This document shows positions 41,701 to 50,210 of a DNA stretch of 64,000 bases, piece by piece. The stretch spans positions 21,730,637-21,794,636 of the forward strand of contig NC_081379.1 in NCBI RefSeq assembly GCF_030684315.1, read 5' to 3'. The stretch's first letter is position 1; every line of letters begins with the position of its first letter. The translations under genes were made by a program, and so were the position numbers. The notes under the pieces are model-generated. The model was given only the letters and a program-made list of their open reading frames with translations, ran no database searches and had not been told where the DNA came from. The stretch is from Stegostoma tigrinum (taxonomy: Eukaryota).

Positions 41701-44127
41701 AACCCAGAGTCCAGAGATTAAAAAGCTAATCAGGTGCAACAGCTCTCTTTTCCTTTTAAGGTTAGAATTATTAAGATCATCAATCTGCTTAAGGGCAATG
41801 GACTCCATTGTCAGGAAAATAACAATAAGAATGCAGGTTTTCATTGTGCAAAATACTGCAAGGTCAAAGGTTGATCGCCAAAAGCACCACTTAAGTACAT
41901 CATTTTCCAAGTAGTGAGATCGACCACCTACAAAACAAGAACTTTAATTAATAAAAAAAAGTAACAAAATAACGTGTAGAGAAATGAACTGAAGCCAATG
42001 CCACGAAAACAACAAATAGTTAAAACAACACAAATTCTAATAAAAAAATAAGGCATCTCTTCTTTTCAAATATAAATCACAGCTGTAACTTTTACATCTG
42101 TCTGCTCAGGTTCTCGTGAAACTCGAGTTGTACTAATGTACTGTTAGCATTCCTGAACATTACCTAAAATTAATAACAGCTGTTTTAACCCCCTCAGTTT
42201 TATACTTAAGCCTAATGAAAAACATTTCCCATTTTTGCTAAAAGGAACATTCAAAAAGTAAATTAGTTTTAACACAAAAGTGTTACATTTTGGGCAAGAC
42301 ATCTGGTATGTGTGACTTTTCTCCATTAAAATTATGGCACATTTTCCAGGTGAACTAACAACTTCTCACATTCACAACTTTTGTCACTTAAAAACAGTCA
42401 TGAAGCTTCTCAATTTCCCTTTCCCGCATAATTTTCTCCTCTTTTGCCATCTTGTGCTGTGCCAAGGTTCCACTAGAGACACTGTCCTCAATCTCAGTGC
42501 CCAAGTGGCTAATCACCATGTGAGCTGTCATCATTAAGCATGTAAAGGAGACTTGTATATAGCTCATCTTTGCCATTTCAGGTTTAATACTCATCTTACT
42601 GTAAACAGCAAAGATTTCAATAACCTTACTGTTACAGAACCATACTGAAAACTCAAATGGGAAATGTTCAAATGTTACATTCTGGGGGAAGGGTAAAAGC
42701 AACAGCAACCTATGTTATATGGCATCTCCAATGTAATGAAATATCCTAACCACTTCACAGGTGTGTCATAAAATTAAATATAAAACAGCCACAAAAGCAA
42801 ATATTACATCAGGTGACCAAAATCTTGATCAAAAAGGTAGATTTTAACGAGTGTTTTAAAGGGGGAAAATGAGGTCAAGGCGCAGGGAAGTGCAAGGAGG
42901 GTATTGCAGAGCTTGGAACCTAGGCAATTGAAGGTTAGGTCATCAATGACTGAGAAATTAAAATTGGGATTCCACAAGAGGCCGGAATGAAGGAGTGCAA
43001 AGTAGGGATTAGAAAAAAATGCTGGCCTCGCCAAGGATGCCTACATCCCATGAATCAACAATACATTCTGGAGAATTGCGAAGCTGGAAGAGGTTATAGA
43101 GGGAGAGAGGGGCAAGGCAATGGAGACATGAAAACAAGGATCAGAATTTTAAAATGAAATATCTTACTTGACCATGAAACAGCACAGGTCTACAAGCATA
43201 AAAGTAATAGCAGAAGGGCACTTATTGTGAGTTCAGATACAGCAAAGTTTTGAATAACTTCACATTTGCAGAGGGTAGAATGTGGAAGACCAACCAGGAG
43301 CAAAATGCGATAGTCACTCCCACAGGTAACATCGTCACAAATGAGGGTTTCAATAGCAAAAGAAAAGTCAAAAATCAAATTGTCACAGAGGTGGATAAAG
43401 GCTACATGATGGCACCTCTGAGGTTTAAAGTTCATTTCAGGATCAAATATCAGCAAAATCAGTATCGTCAAACACTTGTTGAAATCAATGCTCTCCTGCT
43501 CTGCGCTAGGTGGTACTATGAGTAAGTAAGAACACAAGACATCAAATCCAACCGTATTAATCAGGCACGATCAATAGCTGTATTGGTTTATCATCCCCAC
43601 AAGCTCAGAAAGGATCTTGTCTTTGACAGCTGGTGAAGCCATCAATTTTAATTGTTTAGTATCCATAGATTTTTCTCACCCTAACAAGGAATATCTCAAA
43701 ATCCCAAGAAACTTACGACCACTTTGAAACTTTAGTTAATTTAATTATAATCAAAGTTTTTTTACAGAAGGTTAAATTCCTTACCAACTTACTCAAACAA
43801 TAAAGCAAAACAGCAAAACACTTGAAAATACTACATTTTTCATGAGGAGTCAATTTTTTTGCAAAATTTTGTAGCATACAGTTAAAAATATACAAATGTT
43901 ACTTATTCATAACACAACACTAAATGTGCATTGGGTCAGTTGGAACATTGGAAAATTGATCCTGAAATTAATTACTTCATACTGTTAATTACAAAGACAA
44001 AGACAGCTACATTACCTAAAATCCAAAGTATAATTGTAGATATTCCATCCACGAACAGAATAACATTAACAAGAGGGATGAATCTAACTGCTGGCAGTCT
44101 GTAATAATAAATACTGTCTTGTGCCAT
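5709..44127 (-). CDS. Spliced gene (5' part, 10 coding exons, 430 aa in window) for an ABC transporter subfamily B half-transporter: TAPL/ABCB9-like TMD0 plus ABC_membrane TM1-5; 3' exons (TM6, NBD) outside the window
   Basis: join of 44127-44016, 41927-41647, 39867-39785, 38131-38026, 34545-34434, 22838-22664, 14771-14711, 14340-14205, 12449-12261, 5743-5709. All GT-AG, phases 1,0,2,0,1,2,0,1,1 match, 1290 nt open. Contains ABCB motifs [50 protein letters not shown] and AEETISNIRTVRTF. Confidence 0.93.
5975..6800 (-). mobile_element. CR1-type LINE fragments (older body with a younger 3' tail at ~6143-6290)
   Basis: catagaacattacagcacagtacagg tail; ORF 6466..6714 carries KSKEVMLNMYKT..R-like CR1 residues. 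Confidence 0.7.
6880..7230 (+). mobile_element. tRNA-derived SINE
   Basis: B-box-like gggtttgaattccacc, then body ggaaggaaatctg..gtccttacct shared with 22139-22495 and 39300-39480. Confidence 0.75.
8125..9330 (-). mobile_element. Degenerate LINE (CR1/L2 group) 3' portion
   Basis: Reverse of the family seen at 55400-56785 (CTIYKMHCSN-like, LTWNYI-like, tail gggcaataaatactggc). Confidence 0.7.
10020..11330 (-). mobile_element. Old degenerate Penelope element (pLTR plus GIY-YIG remnant) interrupted by a younger CR1
   Basis: pLTR-like start (aaaatacaggaaatactcag...gttgatgacctttcatt); 10310-10540 resembles the GIY-YIG 3' region of 51270-51500; appears to resume after 11088. Confidence 0.55.
10548..11087 (+). 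mobile_element. Relatively young CR1-type LINE 3' end (ORF2 C-terminus plus 3'UTR)
   Basis: QFWAPHLRKDILALERVQQRFTRMIPGM...LGLYSL..RRLRGNLIETYKI...TRGHSLRI; ends in short tandem tail tatgtcttatggtctta. Confidence 0.92.
12261..12449 (-). CDS. ABCB half-transporter coding exon 9 (ICL2): EFVKRLRKRFQDELAAVGAVAEETISNIRTVRTFCSEKKCEEQYNKGIDKSYLIGKKLALAE(G)
   Basis: gattttccag acceptor, G|gtatta donor; AEE.ISNIRTVR.F coupling-helix motif; ORF 12247..12471. Confidence 0.95.
13430..13930 (+). mobile_element. Degenerate CR1 3' fragments
   Basis: gttccagggatg...ctgatagaagtctttgaaatgattaagggg...actagaacc; CR1 ORF2 C-terminal signature. Confidence 0.55.
14205..14340 (-). CDS. ABCB half-transporter coding exon 8 (TM3-TM4): VNLSMLLRYTFQIIGSVVLMFVVSPALTGVLLASIPVVAIGGVLY(G)
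   Basis: ttttcttttgcag acceptor, G|gtgagt donor; within ORF 14167..14535. Confidence 0.95.
14711..14771 (-). CDS. ABCB half-transporter coding exon 7: [20 protein letters not shown]
   Basis: cttcttgtaatag acceptor, ACA|gtaagt donor, 61 nt; conserved TGEL.NRL.SDT motif. Confidence 0.95.
15153..15295. mobile_element. Short inverted Penelope pLTR insertion with ~11-bp TSD ATATATTTTCT
   Basis: aaagctgatgttttgggcctagaccc followed by gtcagctttcctgctcc...gcagttcctattatctct; TSD at 15142-52 and 15296-306. Confidence 0.75.
15440..15483. repeat. Perfect 22-bp tandem duplication (GAACTCGATACCCTTTTGAGAT)x2
   Basis: Read directly. Confidence 0.95.
16776..17080. mobile_element. Fold-back Penelope pLTR insertion with 14-bp TSD ATGACAACTAAAAT
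   Basis: TSD at 16762-75 and 17081-94; acagtgtggagct...acacagcagga is mirrored by tcctgctgtgttcctccagctccacactgt. Confidence 0.85.
18955..19290 (-). mobile_element. LINE 3' tail fragment (same family as 8125-9330), inserted in an old CR1
   Basis: gctggctgggccagcatttatt...gggagggagttccagga...gggaacttgcaggtg. Confidence 0.65.
22139..22495 (+). mobile_element. tRNA-derived SINE (near full length)
   Basis: A-box tggcctggcagt, B-box ggttggaatc, same body, tail ...caataaat...gcccttatcccctgaatgaat; 5' fragments also at 9375-9525 (-) and 61088-61235 (+). Confidence 0.8.
22664..22838 (-). CDS. ABCB half-transporter coding exon 6 (TM2/ICL1): [58 protein letters not shown](R)
   Basis: ttttctttcag acceptor, CAG|gtgagt donor, 175 nt; classic RLR..LF..IL.QE..FFD motif. 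Confidence 0.95.
23380..24060 (+). mobile_element. Degenerate CR1-type LINE 3' end
   Basis: tgaagtattgggtaccgttttgatttccttatttaagaaa...gagaccagaattagggg; typical CR1 3'UTR. Confidence 0.65.
27715..28753 (+). mobile_element. Solo LTR (1039 bp) with 5-bp TSD GTTTT
   Basis: TG...CA ends with short inverted termini TGTAGGGGTGA / TAACTCCTACA; GTTTT at 27710-14 and 28754-58; TATAAAA ~28570; AATAAA 28677-82. Confidence 0.85.
29520..30100 (+). mobile_element. L2-type LINE 3' end
   Basis: ctcattcatgcttttg...tccaacatagtcttggctgg...caaactctgctgccc (LIHAF..S..D.SN..LAG..QNSAA of L2 ORF2). Confidence 0.7.
30308..31945 (-). mobile_element. CR1-type LINE, 1.6-kb 3' portion
   Basis: Tail aagaaataggaacaagtgtaggccattcagcc; ORF 31546..31971 NKEMAEKL..YFA.VF..ED...LKAAKSP.PDG...W.TVNV..LF (CR1 ORF2). 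Confidence 0.88.
34434..34545 (-). CDS. ABCB half-transporter coding exon 5 (core TM1): [37 protein letters not shown]
   Basis: ttttctattcaatag acceptor, G|gtatgt donor; P-x-F-F-G-K-V-I-D motif. Confidence 0.92.
34917..35669. mobile_element. Putative non-autonomous DNA transposon (PIF/Harbinger-like) with ~14-bp imperfect TIRs and 3-bp TSD CTT
   Basis: GGGCAGAATCTCCC ... GGAAGATTTTGCCC; CTT flanks both ends; no ORF. Confidence 0.55.
36581..37916 (+). mobile_element. Tigger/pogo (TcMar) DNA transposon deletion derivative with broken DDE transposase
   Basis: KILFFLDNAPNHP...FLPSNTTSL.QPMD*G...FKAYYLR...FWKNFDIKNGIDIMVEAWSDV...W.KLLPDF with stops and frameshifts; right TIR atagcagaatcccctg followed by TA. 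Confidence 0.9.
38026..38131 (-). CDS. ABCB half-transporter coding exon 4 (charged linker/elbow helix): FLRRLQIFRIVHSIEEEREKKNKADLKRLFSLAKD
   Basis: cttcctgcctcag acceptor, GAT|gtgagt donor; RLFSLAK elbow motif typical of ABCB half-transporters. Confidence 0.88.
38860..39065 (+). mobile_element. CR1 3'UTR fragment
   Basis: caacgttttcactcagg...ttggaccaaagggtctgtttctgtgct tail. Confidence 0.65.
39785..39867 (-). CDS. ABCB half-transporter coding exon 3 (TMD0 helix 4): MHLTFKIVCISTLVFSLIEFPFCIFCN(R)
   Basis: ctttcttttccattgacag acceptor, CAG|gtaa donor, 83 nt; phase 0 to 2 exactly bridges the neighbouring exons. Confidence 0.85.
40334..40970. mobile_element. Penelope 3' end/pLTR on the minus strand (40334-~40737) fused to an inverted partial copy on the plus strand (~40738-40970)
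   Basis: Same sequence as 50812-51170 and 61780-62130; ggggaggcggacc...ggtggg is mirrored by cccacc...gtccgcctcccc. Confidence 0.88.
41647..41927 (-). CDS. ABCB half-transporter coding exon 2 (TMD0 helices 2-3): GRSHYLENDVLKWCFWRSTFDLAVFCTMKTCIL...ITQSYNE
   Basis: tcttgttttgtag acceptor, GAG|gtaagt donor, 281 nt open; overlaps ORF 41611..41910. Confidence 0.9.
42700..43480 (-). mobile_element. L2-type LINE 3' end with a small inserted LINE/SINE tail (~43010-43060)
   Basis: Reverse of the L2 tail (aaggtagattttaacgagtgttttaaaggg); ORF 43190..43537 has DY..LLLVGLP..L..IQNFA. Confidence 0.7.
44016..44127 (-). CDS. ABCB half-transporter coding exon 1 (exon 2 spans 44016-44173 with 5'UTR): MAQDSIYYYRLPAVRFIPLVNVILFVDGISTIILWIL(G)
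   Basis: Acceptor ttgttttag at 44174-75; in-frame TAA at 44143-45 upstream of ATG (AGAATGG context); donor G|gtaat; phase 1 matches next exon; hydrophobic TM helix containing Asp. Confidence 0.85.
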
Positions 44128-44584
44128 TCTTTTTCCAATCTCTTATTCTTCAAGGTGAAATATTCAGAGCAGCCTAAAACAATGAGAGAATATGATGCAC
44201 TAATTTGAATATAATATTTCCCAATTTTGAAATAAAATCATATTTTCGGTGTACACAAATAAAACAACACCCATTACACTTCAGCGACAATAAAAAGACC
44301 AAAACTAAGAATTATTAACCTCCATTGAGTTCAGCGATATTGATTCTGGCAAATTTTGCTGTTTTTGCCATAGGTATGATACACGTTTATCACAAAATTC
44401 GAACAACACGACAACAGAATGATTATGCTGAGACTATACAATTTGAAGGGGCACAGCACTTTTTGTTATAGATTTATTTGCTTAGTATAATACCAAAAAG
44501 AAACTTAAAAATAATATATCTGCAAGATTGGTCCCATTGATTCATAGACAATGAGTTGTGGAGGTGTAAAATACAGTTTTAAAA

Positions 44585-46400
44585 GGCCCTTCAGACCACT
44601 GGCCCATTGAATCGATGCTAGACAAATATAAACTATATTAAATAACTATTCCAGTCCTATTTCCAGGACTTGGCCTGTAGCCTGTATGCCTTAGCATCGC
44701 AAGTATACGTCTAAATACTTATCATCATTGAGGGTTTCTGCCTCAACCACCCTCACAGGCAGTGATTCCAGATTTCCACCACACTCTAAGTGAAACAAAA
44801 TTTCCCACATATCCCTTTTAAAACTTTCTCCCCCTCTCCTTAAATCTAAGCCCCGGTCATTGATCCCTCCAGCAAGGGGAAACATTTCTTCCGGTCTCCT
44901 CTGTCTATGCCTCTCAATTTCATACATTTCAAATATGACCACCTCACTCTCCTCTCCACCAAGGAAAATAGTTCCAGTCCATTCCATCTCTCATAATAGA
45001 CCCTCCAGGCCAGGCAATATTCTGGTAAATCTCCTCTGCACCAAAGTCAATGAAATCACATCCCTACGATGAGATGAATTCCAAAACTGTACATAATTCT
45101 TTAACTGTGGTCCAACCAACTTTTCACTTGGTTCCAGCATAACCTCCCTGCTCTGAAATGCAGATAATAAGCCAAGTATCCCATATGCCTTCTTAACCAC
45201 TTTCTCAACCTTGATAGACCAGTGCACTTGCATGCCAAGGTCCCTCGAATCCTTGGTATTTTTCAGGGCCCTCCTATCCATCATGAATTCCCTTGCCTCA
45301 TTTGTCCTGCCCAAGTGCCCATCTCACATCTACTTGGATTGAATTCCGTTTGTACCAATCAGCCCATCTGAACAGCCCATCCGTATCCTCTTGTAATCTA
45401 ACACTGTCCTCTTCATTTACTTCCCAAAAGATTTCCTATATCCCTGAAAGTACTGATCAACCCCCTACTTTCAATTCTAAATTGTTTAAATATATCACAA
45501 GTAAAGTTCCCAACAAGGATCCACTGCAGAACCTCAGTGGACACAGGCTTCCAATCATAAAAATTCCCTCAACCATCACCCTCCGCTTCCTGCTACTCAG
45601 CCAATTCTAGATTGAATTAGCCAAATTTCTTTTAGATTCACTATTAGTCTCCCATAGTCTCTCTCTACCTTATTGAAAGCCTTGAAGTCCAAGCAGACTA
45701 CATTGAATGCATTGCCCTCATCTATATACCTGACTACATCTTCAAAAGTTCAATGAAGTTGAAGACAACAAAACCATGCTGACCGTTCTCGGTTAATTCC
45801 CATCCCTCCAAGTGCAGATTAATTCTGTCCCTCAGTATTTCTTCCGTTAGTTTCCCACCACTAACATTATACCGACTAGACTTTATTCTCCTGGTTTATC
45901 CCTTGCACCCTTCCTGAATAACAATACCACCTCTCCTCTGGCCAGATTGATTGAAAATTATTGCCAGTGACCCTGTAATTTCCTCCCTTGCTTCACTCAA
46001 CAGCTTGGGATATAACAAAGTGTGGAACTGGATGAACACAGCAGGCCAAGCAGCACCTTATGTTACATCAGTCCCTGGAGCTGCCAGACCATTAGGTACC
46101 TCCTCTCAATGTAGGCTAATTTCTTTAAGTACACCACAGTCTTTTTCTTTGATTTCTACACCCGTGTTGCCCCCATCACAAGCGAACGCTGACACGGAAG
46201 TACTCATTTAGAACGCTACCTACATCCTCTGGCTCCATGCACAAATTACCATTGTGGTCTTTAAAGGGCCCTACACTTGCCCTCATCATTGTTTAACCCT
46301 TAACGCACTTGTAAAATAACTCAGAATTTTCCTAATTTTACTTGCTATTTTTCTTTCACCCCATCCTTTTTGTTCACTTCATTTCCTTTTTAAATTTATA
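44585..46400 (-). mobile_element. CR1-type LINE, ~1.8-kb degenerate 3' portion (short Penelope pLTR piece at ~46012-46056)
   Basis: ORFs 44991..45314 (RDLG..VH...KVVKKAYGILG...SREVML...LV.PQL...VQFW...VQRRFTRILPGLEGL) and 44691..44987. Confidence 0.88.
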
Positions 46401-46461
46401 TCTCTTAATATCCACAGTTCACTAAATTTTTTGTTCCCATGCTTCATCTTTATTGGAGGTT

Positions 46462-47053
46462 TTTTTATTCATTCGTGGGATGTGGGCATCGTTGGACAGC
46501 CAGCATTTATTGCTCACCCCTACTTCCCTCGAGGTGGTGAGCTGCCTTCTTGAACTGCTGCAGTCCACCTTCTGTGGATTGACTCACAAAGCCTTTAGGC
46601 CTATAATTCTAGGGTTTTGACCCAGCTACAGTGACAGAACAGCAATATATTTTCAAGGCAGGATGGTAAATGGGTTGGAGGAAAACTTGGAGGCAGGGGT
46701 TCCCATGAATCTACTTCCTTTTGTTCAAGATAGCAGAGGTCATGGGTTTCGAAGGTGTTGTCTGAGGATCTATGGCAAACTTCTACAGGGAATCTTGTAG
46801 ATAGTACACATTGCTGCTGCTGAGCATTGGTGGTAGAGGGAGAGGATGTGCTGTCAATCAAATAGGCTGCTTCTTCCTGGATGGTTTCAAGCTTCTTCAG
46901 TTTTGCTGGAGTTGCATTCCTTCAGGTAAGTGGGTCAAATCTAGGATTTCCCTCCTTAATAACACTGTGGGTGAACCACCTCGTCAAGGGCAACTAGGGA
47001 GCAGCAATAAACACTGGCTGAACCAGAGACACCCACATACCATGACTGAATAA
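46462..47053. mobile_element. LINE 3' end on the minus strand joined to a second 3' end on the plus strand
   Basis: tttattcattcgtgggatgtgggc...ccagcatttattgc at the left; gggcaactaggga..caataaacactggc...cccacataccatgactgaataaa at the right. Confidence 0.7.
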
Positions 47054-48657
47054 ACTTCCTGCAAAAATGGTCACCAGGGACAACTGATGCTTCCGTGATT
47101 TGCCACATAGCACAGCAGAAGCATATCATGGCTGAGTTCTGCTGTCATGACTTCCCTTAAGCACCTCAGTTGACTGATTACCAGACCGAAGAAGTTGGAA
47201 AGACAAAGCTCATTTTGTACTTCATGCTAATTTGACATATATTTCAAACACTTTCTTGCCACTACAAACAAATAGTTTGGAAAAGTAACTTACAGATTAT
47301 GTATATAAATCAAAATACTGCTTTGCAGGTGCAGTTTCAAAACTATATTTTCTCTGAACAAGATTCCAAGCAAATCTTTTGGAATGGAACCTATTTGTTT
47401 GCTCGAAGAAACATTAGATTTAAACTTGTTTCTTTAGTGTACATAAAATCATTATTTTATGGAGTAAAAGCCCAGAACTGAACTTAGGGAGCAAACAAGG
47501 TCAAAAAAGATAAGATTCAAAATTTGCATTTACATGAACAAATGGAAGACCGCAATGAGGCCCAGAAGGTCCAATTTTCAGTTATTTATAAGTTATGATG
47601 TAAGTAACTAGTTCTTGATTGAAAACAAAAATGGGGAGCTTGCATTTATGTAAGGCCTTTCAAAGCTGTGGGACATTCCAAAGTGCTTAAAAGCCCAAAA
47701 ATGTCTTTTTTTTTTAAAAGGATACCTGTAATAACATACAAAGTGCCATAGCCAATTAGCAAATGACATCATTTCTGTTTCAAATACGTTAGTTGAGGGA
47801 CAAACTTTGGGTAGGACACCAGGGAAAACTTCCCAGCTCTTCATTCAGCAGATTAGCCTTAATGATAGAGGATGAAAACATCTGGCCAATTGGATCTATC
47901 CCAGCTCTCTGTAGGTCAATCTAGTTAATCCCATTGTCTCACTGTTTCCTTTGGACTTTGCGAACTTATTTCCCTCAATTACGTTTTCAGTTTTCCTTTG
48001 AAATCATTGATTATATACGCTTCCATCAACCTGGTGGATAAGGAGATTCAGGTCATTCCCACTCACATTAAAGCAAAACCTGCATTTCCAGTCCAAAAAT
48101 CTTACTTTTGTGCCCCCTAGTTATTACTTGGTTGCCAGTTTTCCACATCTATGCAATGAAACTTAAAATTTCAAAATTTTCCAAAAATTACCTAGTTATG
48201 AGCACAAGTTTCCCCATTTAAATATACATTTTTATATCACTAGTAACATTCAACCCCTGACAACATCAGTTATGAATAGTGGTCTATCTTTGATTCTTCA
48301 CTGAACGATTATTGAAGGTTACAGGATCAGTCTTGCTGATTGAACACAACTGGATAAAAGATCCAGCGTTAGTTCACATAGGTACCAGTGTGATATTTGA
48401 AGGAACAGTACGGTACACTCTGCATTATGTTGAGGGTGGAACCAGCGGGCCACACGCAGACATTGATAAGGAACAAAATAAAAAGGCAACCTGTAAAAAA
48501 ACGTGTATGTCGGTGGGAAATTAAATAAATCATTAACATTGTAAATAAACACAAGGACCATAAACAAACCACACAATCCATAAATCAGAGCAACATAAAC
48601 AGACCGTTTCGCACCGTCAATAGCAGAGATGACCTACAAGATGCTGCTGTTCTTTAC

Positions 48658-48860
48658 CTGTCCTCACTTGCCAGCTCCTCTCTCTCCGTTTCGACCGCTT
48701 TATTACTATTTTTTTCTAATTTTTGTTACGGTATCAAGCACACAGCACTAAACAGCGCCACTCCCGCAATCACCAGACACCAAGGCACGGTTGCAGTTAC
48801 AATGGCGACAGTTCGACCTCAAACCAGCTGCGCCCCACAAACCAACGGCTCAGGCAGAGA
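48658..48860 (-). other. Probable non-coding first exon (5'UTR) of the ABCB gene; TSS not defined
   Basis: CpG-enriched segment ending in CAG|gtaaag donor (GT at 48657-56), immediately downstream of GC boxes; no long ORF on the minus strand. Confidence 0.6.
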
Positions 48861-48915
48861 GGAGCATTTGGAATCCCCGCCCCCGGCACGCGCACGGGGG
48901 AAGGGGGCGGGGTCT
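48700..48915 (-). promoter_or_regulatory. Small CpG-rich promoter with two opposed Sp1/KLF GC boxes (CCCCGCCCCC 48875-84; GGGGGCGGGG 48903-12) flanking an NRF1-like GCACGCGCAC
   Basis: The clearest non-TE CpG cluster in the window, 4.7 kb upstream of the first coding exon; motifs read directly. Confidence 0.65.
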
Positions 48916-48917
48916 TC

Positions 48918-49620
48918 TATGGAGGTAGAGCCTGAGGGGTCGTGGTCCAAGGTGGAGGAGGAGATTGAGGTGGAGTGATCTCTGGAGGAGGAGCCAGAGA
49001 GTGTGTGGTCACAGATGAAGGAGGAGTTTGAGGTGAATTGATCTCAGATGGAGGAGGGTGAGGTGCAGTGTCCTCATGTTGAGGTGGGGCCTAAGGAGGT
49101 GTGGGCCAAGGTAGAGGAGGAGCATGAGGTGGAGTGATCTCAAATGGAGGAGGAGCCAGAAGGTGTGTGGTCTTAGATGGAAGAGGAGCTTGAGGTGGAG
49201 TGATCTCAGATGGGGGAGTGTGGGGTGTAGTGATCTCAGGTTGAAGTGGGGCCTGAGGGTAATGTCTCAAGTGAAGGAGGATCCCTAGGTGGAGGAAGAA
49301 TCTGATGTGGAGTGATCTCAGATGGAGGCAGAGCCTGAGGTGAAGAGTCTCAGATGCAGGAGTTGAGGGGGAGGGGTCACAGACAGAGGAAGACCCTAAG
49401 GTGGAGGAGGAGCCTGAAGAGGAGGTGAAGCCTGAGGAGTAAGAGAATTGGATTGGCGGGTTTGGAGAAGGACCCTCAGATGTAGAAGCTGTAGGTAGTA
49501 ACGAGGAGCTGCAGGTAAAGGAGACAGCCCAATTGGAGGATGAAGGGCCTCAGGACGACAGGATGTAAGTGAAATAGGAGGATCCTCAGGTAGTGGAGGT
49601 GGAACTGCAGGTAGAGGGGC
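48918..49620. repeat. Degenerate GA-rich minisatellite (~32-33 bp monomer GAGGTGGAGTGATCTCAGATGGAGGAGGAGCCT) with a ~159-bp higher-order repeat
   Basis: Recurrent gaggtggagtgatctcagatgg; CAAGGT.GAGGAGGAG at 48948 and 49107 starts two aligned ~159-bp blocks. Confidence 0.85.
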
Positions 49621-49925
49621 CACTGCTACCTGACTCGAGCTCTTTTAAAAACGCTGAGTGATATGATATCCCACCCCACTGTAGTTTCACTTGTACGTTT
49701 CACATTTCCATCATCAGTGTTTTTTCTTAAATAATCATTTGAGCTTGCAATAGTAATGGTATAATGCATGAGCTTTTTTGGGAACCAGTTGAACGGTGAC
49801 CCAACAATCCTCAAGAGATGTTAATTTTTATCTCATTCTGAATATAACACTGTGGTGCAACATCAAGTGGAATAAGATGGATAAACATAAAATTTAAACT
49901 ACTCATTAAATTCACCTACATATAT

Positions 49926-50140
49926 TCCATAACAAAGGCAGAAAATGCTCAAAATGTTGAGCAGGTCAGGCAGCATTTGCAAAGAGAAAATCAGAGTTAA
50001 TGTGTCATGTCGGTGACCTTTCAGTTGATAAACACAGACTTCAACACTTGTTTTAAATCTGAAACAGATGCTTCCCTGGCCAGCTGAGTATTTCGAGCAT
50101 TTGTTTTTCATTTCAAAATTCCAGAATCTGCATTATTTTA
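49926..50140. mobile_element. Old fold-back Penelope-type pLTR element
   Basis: aaaatgctcaaaatgttgagcaggtcaggcagcat is mirrored by atgcttccctggccagctgagtatttcgagcattt; related copies at ~3710-3810, 58560-58670 and 59500-59645. Confidence 0.6.
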
Positions 50141-50210
50141 ATTTTTATACGTGTTTTCTAAAAAGAGTGACAAAAGCTGGCCTACAGGTGTCGAAGAATT
50201 GACGATTCAA

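Noticed and set aside
5709-44127. Assigning gene symbol ABCB9, ABCB10 or TAP
   Set aside because: Core sequence and intron positions do not match these orthologues as I recall them; symbol left blank pending phylogeny.
48312-48581. Three overlapping 70-85 aa ORFs near the promoter
   Set aside because: No recognisable protein or usable splice context; intron 1 sequence.
48850-48867. Short uORF MLLSA* on the minus strand
   Set aside because: Only 5 codons and may lie upstream of the TSS; no evidence of function.
48918-49620. CRISPR-like or coding (Glu/Gly-rich) repeat
   Set aside because: Eukaryotic context, no unique spacers, frequent stops; a degenerate minisatellite.
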